64,000 bases of DNA from a bacterium. GTDB lineage: Bacteria > RBG-13-61-14 > DATKZS01. Where the stretch lies: positions 224,001-288,000 of the forward strand of contig CAXXFL010000007.1 of the NCBI GenBank assembly GCA_963674965.2. Reading direction: 5' to 3'. Below the pieces are notes generated by a model, which ran no database searches, had not been told where the DNA came from, and was given only the letters and a program-made list of their open reading frames with translations. Each line of letters begins with the position of its first letter. Position 1 is the stretch's first letter. The translations under genes and the position numbers were made by a program. This document shows positions 1 to 7,786 of the stretch, piece by piece.

Positions 1-1190
1 AAAAAAGGGAGAGGGAAGAACTGCTCCGCTTCCGGATCAGGGAAATCCAAGGCGCCGGACTCGAGCCTGGAGAGGACGAGAAACTGGCGGAGGAAAGACA
101 AGTCCTCCGTCACGCGGGAGAACTGATACAAGCCTGCCAAAGGGGGATAGATTACCTCTACGAGTCCGACCGGGCGGCCTGTTCCGAGCTCGGCGGGCTG
201 GCCCGGCTTTTCGAGGACGCGGCGGAAAGCGACGAGTGGTTCAGGGAGCCGGCGGCCCAAATCGAGCAGGCCCGGGCCATCCTCGAGGAAACGGCTCGGG
301 ACCTGACCCGTCGCCTCGGCCGTATCGAGGACAATCCCGAGAGGCTGGCCTGGGTCGAGGAGAGGATCGTCGAGATCGGCCGCCTGAAAAGAAGATACGG
401 GAATGACCTCGCCGAGGTTTTCGAGACGCTCGAGAAGTCCAGGTCCGAGCTCGAGTCGATCGAGAGGGCGGAGGACAGGCTGCGGGAGCTGGACGAGACC
501 ATAGCCGGCCTGGCCGCGAGGACCTCGAGCCTGGCCGGGGAACTCAAGAAGAAAAGGATCGAGGCGGGCAAGCGCCTGGCCAAGATGGTGGTCAAGGAGC
601 TTTCCGATCTGGGCATGGAGGAGACGAGGTTCGAGGCGCGGGTAACGTCCCTGGGCGAGGGCCGGGGAGGACTTGGTCCCCTCGGAGGAGACGAGGTCGA
701 GTTCTTTTTATCGCCCAACCCGGGGGAGGACTTAAAGCCCATGTCCCGCGTGGCCTCGGGAGGAGAACTGTCGAGGATCATGCTGGCGCTCAGGGTCATC
801 CTGGCCGGGCCCGATGAGGCTCATACCCTGGTGTTCGACGAGGTCGACCAGGGGATAGGCGGAGAGGTGGCTCGGTCGGTGGGGCAAAGAATGAAAAAGC
901 TGTCCGAGGGCCGCCAGGTTTTATGCGTGACTCATCATCATCAAATCGCCTCACTGGCCTCGAGCCACGTCAAGGTGGACAAGCACAAGTCCAGGAACAG
1001 GACCTGGACCGAGGCGAAGAGGCTCGAGGGAGAGGGCAGGATAGAGGAAATCGCCCGCATGATGGGCGGCTCGGACGACTCCGAGGAAGCCATGGCGCAC
1101 GCCAGGAGCCTGGTCGAAAAGGCCTCGCCTCCCGGGCCCGCCGCGAAATCCTCTAGCAAGAGCGGCAAGGGCGGGTCGGCCGGCCGATGA
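1..1190 (+). CDS. recN: DNA repair protein RecN (5' truncated by window edge)
   Basis: Frame open from position 3 (KREREELLRFRIREIQGAGLEPGEDEKL); C-terminal SPNPGE, ASGGELSR signature, Walker B VFDEVDQGIGG, VTH. Confidence 0.96.
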   Translation, partial: KREREELLRFRIREIQGAGLEPGEDEKLAEERQVLRHAGELIQACQRGIDYLYESDRAACSELGGLARLFEDAAESDEWFREPAAQIEQARAILEETARDLTRRLGRIEDNPERLAWVEERIVEIGRLKRRYGNDLAEVFETLEKSRSELESIERAEDRLRELDETIAGLAARTSSLAGELKKKRIEAGKRLAKMVVKELSDLGMEETRFEARVTSLGEGRGGLGPLGGDEVEFFLSPNPGEDLKPMSRVASGGELSRIMLALRVILAGPDEAHTLVFDEVDQGIGGEVARSVGQRMKKLSEGRQVLCVTHHHQIASLASSHVKVDKHKSRNRTWTEAKRLEGEGRIEEIARMMGGSDDSEEAMAHARSLVEKASPPGPAAKSSSKSGKGGSAGR

Positions 1191-1249
1191 CGGACGCGCG
1201 CGGTCTCATATCGCGCAAAATAAAAATTACATGAAAGGCGCCGGATATA

Positions 1250-2662
1250 ATGAATAAGTCCAGGGGATCGAAGGGTAACAAAGGAGGCCGCAAGGCTCTC
1301 GACTTCGTGATGGTCGAGGAGGCGATGGAACTGGCGCGCGATTTATTGTCGCGCAAGAGGGGCATATCGGCCTGGGAGATATACCTGGAACTCGAGCGCA
1401 AACTTTCCATCGAGGTCAAGGACCAGGAGGTGGAGGCCATGACCTCGGCCGACTCGAGGGGACTGGCCGTCAGGGTAATCTCCGAGGGCAGGGTTGGCTT
1501 CAGCTACTCCAACAACTTCTCTCGCGATCATATTGCCCGAACGCTGGAAAGCGCGGCCGACTCGGCCCGATACCTTTCGCGAGACGACGCCTATACTTTC
1601 GCCTCCCCCGAGGGCGCGTATCCGGAGCTCGACTTGACCGATCGCCGTCTTTTCAGTATCCCCGAGTTGGAAAAAATCGGGGCGGCCCTCGAGATCGAGC
1701 GCTCGGCCCTTCGCCACGACCCGCTCGTTACCCGCGCCAGGGGCGCCGAATACGAGGAATATCATGGCCTTACCCGGGTGCTGAACTCCAACGGCGTGGA
1801 CGCCGTTTACGAAAACACCCTCGTTATAGCCTCCCTGGACGCGGTGGCGGAAAAAGACCGGGAGGCGCAGACGGGCTCGGAGTTTGAAACGTCTCATCGC
1901 TATGATATGATTGATTTTTCAAGGGTGGGAGAGACGGCGGCCAGGCGGGCCGTGAGCATGCTGGGAGCGAGGCCCAACGTTTCGGGAAAGCTTCCCGTGG
2001 TGCTTTCTCCTTACGCCGCGGCCGGCTTGATAGCGGCCATGACGCCGGCGGCCCAGGGAGACGCCGTGAGCAAAAACCGCTCGTGGCTGCAAGGAAAACT
2101 TGGAGAGCGGATCGCCTCGGAGCTGGTCAACCTGGTGGACGACGCGCTCAATATCGACGGTCCGGCGGCCGCGCCCTTCGACGACGAGGGAGTCAGATCG
2201 CGTAAAACGAGCGTTATCGAGGCGGGCGTTCTTGCAAGTTATCTTTTTGACACGTATTATGGACATAAAGAGGGGAAGGGATCGACCGGCAACGGCCAAA
2301 GGCCAAGCTATAACCTTCCCCCCTCGATAGACTCGACCAACTGGATGCTTCTTCCCGGCGAAGGTGAGGAAAGCTCGCTTATCGCCGCCGCGGAAAAAGG
2401 ATTGTACGTGCTCGAGTTTTTGGGTCTGCACACGGCGGACCCGGTGACCGGCGAGTTTTCCCTCGGGGCCTCGGGCTTCAGGATCGAAAAAGGGAAACTC
2501 GGCGAGCCGGTGGCGGGAGTGGCCATCGCCTCCAGCATGGGCGAGCTCCTCTCGCGGGTTTCGGGCGTGGCCGAAGAGATTAAATTCTCCGGCGACGCGG
2601 GAGCGCCGGCCATATTAATTGAAGAATTGGATATAAGCAGTTACGACCATGGGAGAGCTTGA
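1250..2662 (+). CDS. pmbA: TldD/PmbA family protein, PmbA/TldE-like (no HExxH); start may be 1310 or 1325
   Basis: GLAVRVISEGRVGFSYS, PFDDEG, STGNG, TGEFSLGASGF motifs. Confidence 0.88.
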   Translation: MNKSRGSKGNKGGRKALDFVMVEEAMELARDLLSRKRGISAWEIYLELERKLSIEVKDQEVEAMTSADSRGLAVRVISEGRVGFSYSNNFSRDHIARTLESAADSARYLSRDDAYTFASPEGAYPELDLTDRRLFSIPELEKIGAALEIERSALRHDPLVTRARGAEYEEYHGLTRVLNSNGVDAVYENTLVIASLDAVAEKDREAQTGSEFETSHRYDMIDFSRVGETAARRAVSMLGARPNVSGKLPVVLSPYAAAGLIAAMTPAAQGDAVSKNRSWLQGKLGERIASELVNLVDDALNIDGPAAAPFDDEGVRSRKTSVIEAGVLASYLFDTYYGHKEGKGSTGNGQRPSYNLPPSIDSTNWMLLPGEGEESSLIAAAEKGLYVLEFLGLHTADPVTGEFSLGASGFRIEKGKLGEPVAGVAIASSMGELLSRVSGVAEEIKFSGDAGAPAILIEELDISSYDHGRA

Positions 2663-2664
2663 TA

Positions 2665-3423
2665 ATGCAATTTAGATCGTATGGCATCACGGACCCGGGC
2701 AAAGTCAGGCCCGCCAACGAGGATTCCTTCTTGATCGACGAGGAAAGAAGGCTCTATATCGTCGCCGACGGGATGGGCGGGCACCAGGGCGGAGGATACG
2801 CCAGCAAGCACGCGGTCGAGGGCATACGCGACGAGTTGATACTGCTCGAGAATTCCCAGGAGAGCACCCAGCCGGTGGGCGACCTGGGAGGCAGGACCCA
2901 GTCGCAGATCAGGCTGCTCCATTCCATGCACAACACCAACGAGTACCTCTTCAAGAAGGCCCAGGAGGACTCGTCCCTCCGCGGCATGGGGACCACGGTG
3001 ATCGCCCTCCAGTTCGACCACAAGTTCGCCAATATCGCCCACGTGGGCGACAGCCGCCTCTACCTGGTCAGGAACGGCGAGATTTTCCAGATCACCAGGG
3101 ACCACTCGTGGGTGCAGGAACAGGTGGACGCCGGTGTCCTCACCGAGGAGGAGGCCATGGTCCATCCCCTCAAGAACATCATCACCAGATCGATGGGACA
3201 CGATCAGAAGCTTCTGGTCGACCTCCTCAAGCAGCAATACAAGAAGGGAGACAAGTTCCTTCTTTGCAGCGACGGACTCACCAACATGGTCGACAACGAC
3301 TCCATCAAGGAGGTCACCCAGTCCGAAACCCCGGACGCGGCCTCCCAAAAGCTCGTGAACATGGCCCTCGACGCCGGCGGGCTGGATAATATTACCGTCC
3401 TGATCGTGGAGGTCGAGGAATAG
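2665..3423 (+). CDS. PP2C-family Ser/Thr protein phosphatase (Stp1/PrpC-like)
   Basis: RPANED, VADGMGG, GTT, HVGDSRLY, TRDHS, CSDGL, DNIT. Confidence 0.95.
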   Translation: MQFRSYGITDPGKVRPANEDSFLIDEERRLYIVADGMGGHQGGGYASKHAVEGIRDELILLENSQESTQPVGDLGGRTQSQIRLLHSMHNTNEYLFKKAQEDSSLRGMGTTVIALQFDHKFANIAHVGDSRLYLVRNGEIFQITRDHSWVQEQVDAGVLTEEEAMVHPLKNIITRSMGHDQKLLVDLLKQQYKKGDKFLLCSDGLTNMVDNDSIKEVTQSETPDAASQKLVNMALDAGGLDNITVLIVEVEE

Positions 3424-3428
3424 GCTGA

Positions 3429-4862
3429 ATGTGTCCCTCCCACAAGATCATCCGGGACGAGTACGAAATCATCGAGGACCTGGGACAAGGGGGAATGGCC
3501 CAGGTATTCAAGGCCCGCCAGGTGTCCCTGGGACGAACCGTCGCCATCAAGGAAATCAAGCCCGCCTTCGCCGCCCATCCCGAGTTGGTCGAGAGGTTCA
3601 GAAGGGAAGCCAGGACCGCCGCCGGCTTGGTCCATGAAAACATCGTGCAGGTTTACAACTTCTGCGAGCCGGGCAAGGGGTCCCTTTTCTTCGTGATGGA
3701 GTACGTGGAGGGCCACGACCTTAGGACCCTCCTGAAAAAATCCGGGACCATACCGCCCCGCGTGGCGGCCATCATCGGAAGGGAAGTGGCCCGGGCCCTG
3801 GCCTACGCCCACGCCCGGGGCCTTGTCCACCGCGACGTCAAGCCCGGCAACGTCATGGTATCGAGCCAGGGCGAGATCAAGCTCATGGACTTCGGCATCG
3901 TGAGGGAGATGGACTCGGACCTGACCAAGACCGGCGCCTTCCTGGGAACGCCCAATTACATGTCTCCCGAGCAGTTCCTGGGCGAGGTCATCACTCCAGC
4001 CTCGGACATATTCTCCCTCGGGGTCGTGCTCTACGAGATCATGTCCGGGACCAAGCCCTTCAAGGCGGAGGGCGAGGATTCCCTTTCCAAGCAGGTCAGG
4101 ACCGCCAAGGAGGTCAAGCTGAGAACGCTAAACCCCAAGGTGCCCTGGAGACTGGCCGGCATCGTTCACAAATGCCTGCAAAAGGCCCCCCATAAAAGGT
4201 ATCCCTCCGCCGAGCACCTGGCGGGAGAACTCGAGCGCTTCCTCAAAACCAGGAACCGGGAGGCCGAAAGAAAAGAGCTGACCCTGTGGGGACCCCTCGA
4301 GGCCGAGTCAACCGACGTTACCGTGGACGTACCCGTGAAAAAGGCCGTTATCGCCAGAAAGCCGGAAAAGGGCGACACGAAAACCGCCGCGCCGCCAGCC
4401 GCCGGAAGGCCCGAAATAGTCCTGCCCGAGGAGGAGTCGGACAAGGAAATCTCCGTGCAGGAGGAAAAGGGCGTACTGGCCGTTAGCGCCGGGAAAAATG
4501 GCGACGCCGAAGCGGCCGACCAGCCCACCACCGAGATACCCATCAGGCCCAGGGCCGCGGCCAGGGCCGGGAAGGCCGAAAAAACCGCCGACCTTGACGG
4601 ACCCAGGCGAAGGTCCATCAAGGCCATCGAGTCCAAAACCGCCGAGGTCGACCAGGTGGAGGAGCCTCGAAAAGGGGACGAACAAGCGCTCGAGGCGGGG
4701 GCCGCCCTGGTCAAGTGGCTGTGGCGGGCCATCCTCTTCGCCATCGCCCTCCTCGCCGCCGTCATTATGTTCATGATTTTCGACCCCGGACCCGACCCCG
4801 ACTCCGGGCTCGAGCCCACGGTGGCCCAGAAAATAATCTACTGGATCAAGGACGTCTTCTAA
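3429..4862 (+). CDS. Hanks-type Ser/Thr protein kinase with low-complexity linker and C-terminal TM anchor
   Basis: LGQGGMAQV, VAIK, HRDVKPGN, DFG, GTPNYMSPEQ; hydrophobic AILFAIALLAAVIMFMIF. Confidence 0.95.
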   Translation: MCPSHKIIRDEYEIIEDLGQGGMAQVFKARQVSLGRTVAIKEIKPAFAAHPELVERFRREARTAAGLVHENIVQVYNFCEPGKGSLFFVMEYVEGHDLRTLLKKSGTIPPRVAAIIGREVARALAYAHARGLVHRDVKPGNVMVSSQGEIKLMDFGIVREMDSDLTKTGAFLGTPNYMSPEQFLGEVITPASDIFSLGVVLYEIMSGTKPFKAEGEDSLSKQVRTAKEVKLRTLNPKVPWRLAGIVHKCLQKAPHKRYPSAEHLAGELERFLKTRNREAERKELTLWGPLEAESTDVTVDVPVKKAVIARKPEKGDTKTAAPPAAGRPEIVLPEEESDKEISVQEEKGVLAVSAGKNGDAEAADQPTTEIPIRPRAAARAGKAEKTADLDGPRRRSIKAIESKTAEVDQVEEPRKGDEQALEAGAALVKWLWRAILFAIALLAAVIMFMIFDPGPDPDSGLEPTVAQKIIYWIKDVF

Positions 4863-4874
4863 TCCGGGAAAGGC

Positions 4875-5660
4875 TCAAACGGGCCCGCCTTTTTCCCTGG
4901 CCTTCATCTCCCCGAGGATTTCGGTCAGGTCCTCCCTTTGCACCACGCCCTTGGCGAAAAGCAGCTTCAGAAGAGCGCGGAGAACGCGGCTGAAGTTGGC
5001 GTACTCGCCCACCAGCTTTTCCTCCAGTTCGCGGATCACGTCGTCGCAGGCGCAGGCGTCCTCCGGGGCCAAGAACGCACCGGAAGCGGCCGCGGATGAC
5101 GGGGAAGGCGCGGCGGAACTCGAGCCGAACTTGGCGAAGGGCTCGTACACGGCCTTGTCCCGCCCGGCGCAGTCCACGGGCTGGACCGCTCGCTCGAGCC
5201 GATAGTCGCCGTTGCCGTAGTTGTTCTCGTAATAGTCGATAAGGATGTGCCTTATCTCGAGCTCGAGGGCGAGGACCGGCTCGACCTTCATCTTGACGCC
5301 CTGCTCGGCCGCGTCAATGGCGCGAAGGTCGGTGGGATCGGCCATGGCCAGGGTCAGGACCTTGCCGGACCGGGTTTCCTTCACGCTCACGGGCAGGATC
5401 ATGTAGTTCCAGGCCATCTCTTTTTTTATAAGGCGCATGACCGCGCCGGGGATGGTGACCTTGGTAAAGTCCAAAGTGGGAACGCCCAGGTGGAACGACA
5501 GGGTTAGAAGATACTCCCTCCCGTCGAGCATGCATTTATCCACCAGGATGCCGCCTATCCGTCCTCCCAGCGCCTTCTGGTCCTCGAGGGCCTCGTTAAG
5601 CTGAGCCTCGTCGATCAGTCCCGCCTCCATCAATATCTCGCCTATTCGCTTCTCGGCCAT
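4875..5660 (-). CDS. Stand-alone MshEN / T2SSE_N domain protein (putative c-di-GMP receptor, no ATPase domain)
   Basis: RIGEILMEAGLIDEAQLNEALEDQ matches the RLGxxLxxxGLIxxxxLxxxLxxQ MshEN motif; second degenerate RIGGILV; LAMADP; no Walker A. Confidence 0.85.
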   Translation of the reverse strand: MAEKRIGEILMEAGLIDEAQLNEALEDQKALGGRIGGILVDKCMLDGREYLLTLSFHLGVPTLDFTKVTIPGAVMRLIKKEMAWNYMILPVSVKETRSGKVLTLAMADPTDLRAIDAAEQGVKMKVEPVLALELEIRHILIDYYENNYGNGDYRLERAVQPVDCAGRDKAVYEPFAKFGSSSAAPSPSSAAASGAFLAPEDACACDDVIRELEEKLVGEYANFSRVLRALLKLLFAKGVVQREDLTEILGEMKAREKGGPV

Positions 5661-5809
5661 GAAACCTCTCGTTTCTCCTCGCCGCCGCGAGGTTGATTCA
5701 TTATATTATATAGCCAACTCGTGAGCCTTGCCATATTTTTTATAGGTCCCGGGGCTTTCCAGTATCCATGCAAAAGTACCCCGAAGTTAACGCCCCTGGC
5801 GGAGGGTCT

Positions 5810-5839
5810 CTTTACATTGTTCGGTTTCCGAGAGTATAC
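5810..5839 (+). promoter_or_regulatory. Putative sigma70 promoter for the AT-rich gene pair
   Basis: TTTACA-18 nt-TATACT; -10 sits inside palindrome AGAGTATACTCT. Confidence 0.5.
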
Positions 5840-5964
5840 TCTGCCAATAAGCTATTGCGTTTTCAAGGGCTTTGGGCGCAGGTTCGCCAAATCGGGAAAA
5901 CGCGCCATGGATCAAGGCCGGGAAAGCCGGTCATGAATCCATAAAGCGCGGATGGGAAGAGATC

Positions 5965-7119
5965 ATGACCAAGCATTCATACAAGAGGATCGAGGGCAAC
6001 AGGGAAAAGTTTCTTAAAATCAAAGATGATAAGATAACCGATCAAAAAAGCTGGGACCTTTTTAACAAGGCACGAAAAGCGGCGCTTATCACCTGGTATG
6101 ATATTTTTTCCAACCATTTTAATAAGCCGGGGGAAAGAGATGAATTGCTCTTGTACTTCAGGATGGCTGGAGAAGAAGCCATGTATCTTCATCATCAACT
6201 GGAATTGTTAAAGCTTTATCCGGATATTTTCGATGATAGCGAAAAGAATCTCATATTTCAAAATCACTTCGAAAACGTTAAGAGAATATTAATCAGCGTT
6301 AAAAAAGGGTCTAACTGGCTTGCAAGCACGGACTATGATTTTATCCACATATTATTTGCCGTTGGGGAATCGGTCCGTCATGGCAATTTCGATTTGATGA
6401 ACTATTATCTAGACGCGGCAAAAGCCGATAAAGGCTTGGGCTCAGTTTTTGATATATTTTCTGAGCTGTTTGAGCAGAATGACTCTGAAAAAGCTATCAA
6501 TTTATTGGAGAATGGCAATCCACATAAAGCTACAATTAAATATATAATTGAATATATCCTACATCAAAACGACGATATCGCGCTAAATTATAAATTAAAA
6601 TTATTAAATAGTCCTGAGATGATATTCAATAAATATTACGAACACAGATCCAAGTGTTATCTCGATAAATCAGACAATAAAATATCCTACTATTTATTTA
6701 TTGTCGCGTCACTTCTTTTTCATAATAACAAGGACACCCTGCCGATTATTCAAAAATGCCTGGAACGCGATGATTTTATATGGAAATATTTACCGTTATC
6801 GATGATGTATTATAAGAAGCAAGCGATCGATACGAAATTACTTGACTCCATTGTCGATAAATACCATTCACTTTACGTTGCCGAGGGCAAGGCTTACAGC
6901 AAATGCCAATACATGTGTCTTTTTAACATAATCGCGGCCTGTATCCATAATCCAGAATACAAGGAAAAGTTGTTCGAACTGGACATAGGCGAGACCGAGC
7001 CTCAATATCTTTTCGAGACGGTCAGGTTCACTATCATGGAGGAACTTCTGGGTTGCATATACTGGCCTCCATTTAACTGTTTTGGAGTGGACGAGAATAA
7101 TCTTCCGTCCGTTTTATAA
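5965..7119 (+). CDS. Hypothetical, probably all-alpha protein, strongly AT-rich
   Basis: 384-codon ORF from ATG 5965; sampled 60-mers at 6541 and 6601 are 23% and 27% GC; no recognised motif. Confidence 0.75.
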   Translation: MTKHSYKRIEGNREKFLKIKDDKITDQKSWDLFNKARKAALITWYDIFSNHFNKPGERDELLLYFRMAGEEAMYLHHQLELLKLYPDIFDDSEKNLIFQNHFENVKRILISVKKGSNWLASTDYDFIHILFAVGESVRHGNFDLMNYYLDAAKADKGLGSVFDIFSELFEQNDSEKAINLLENGNPHKATIKYIIEYILHQNDDIALNYKLKLLNSPEMIFNKYYEHRSKCYLDKSDNKISYYLFIVASLLFHNNKDTLPIIQKCLERDDFIWKYLPLSMMYYKKQAIDTKLLDSIVDKYHSLYVAEGKAYSKCQYMCLFNIIAACIHNPEYKEKLFELDIGETEPQYLFETVRFTIMEELLGCIYWPPFNCFGVDENNLPSVL

Positions 7120-7145
7120 TGTTTATGGGCGAGGGGAGGTTTTAA

Positions 7146-7736
7146 ATGGGAGCGACATATTCCAACTTGATTCTGCGATATACGGGGACGGAAAAAGTGG
7201 CGGATTATCTTGAGGCGCATGGGCGTGACGCTTACATGTCCGCCGCGACGGACGGTTTTATTGGCGTTTATGACAAGGACGCGGAGGATGACGACAACGA
7301 AGTCTACTCCCTTGCCTCGGAGTTGACGGAAAAGCTCGGCTGCCTGGGTATTTCCTTCATTTGCGCGGATGATGAATATTTCGAATACATGGTCCATTCG
7401 AACGGCCTCATAGTGGACAGTTACTCCGCGACCTATGGAGAAGGCGAGGAGGATGACGACGAGGAGGCCGGTTCGAACTTTGAAATCGAGCCTGGAGACG
7501 TTGACAAGCTTTGCGATCTTTTCAATGTCCCCGACAAAAAGGACGAGGTGACCAAGGTCCTGGACGGATTCAATCTGGACGGCGAGCCTTTATTTTTTCC
7601 ATCGGACATGAATTTAAAGCTGGCTGAACTTTTGGGAATGCCAAGTTCCCTTCAGATGCTGGGGTATTACTACCTGGAGATGGACGAGGAACGCCGTGAG
7701 GAGATGAAGGGCCTCACTAAAACAAGCGGCGGATGA
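7146..7736 (+). CDS. Hypothetical acidic protein
   Basis: 196-aa ORF with GGGGAGG RBS; very D/E-rich; GC lower than flanking genes. Confidence 0.8.
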   Translation: MGATYSNLILRYTGTEKVADYLEAHGRDAYMSAATDGFIGVYDKDAEDDDNEVYSLASELTEKLGCLGISFICADDEYFEYMVHSNGLIVDSYSATYGEGEEDDDEEAGSNFEIEPGDVDKLCDLFNVPDKKDEVTKVLDGFNLDGEPLFFPSDMNLKLAELLGMPSSLQMLGYYYLEMDEERREEMKGLTKTSGG

Positions 7737-7786
7737 CCGAGCGGAGTCAGAATGGCCGCGTGTCGATATAAGTACGGCGCAAAGAG

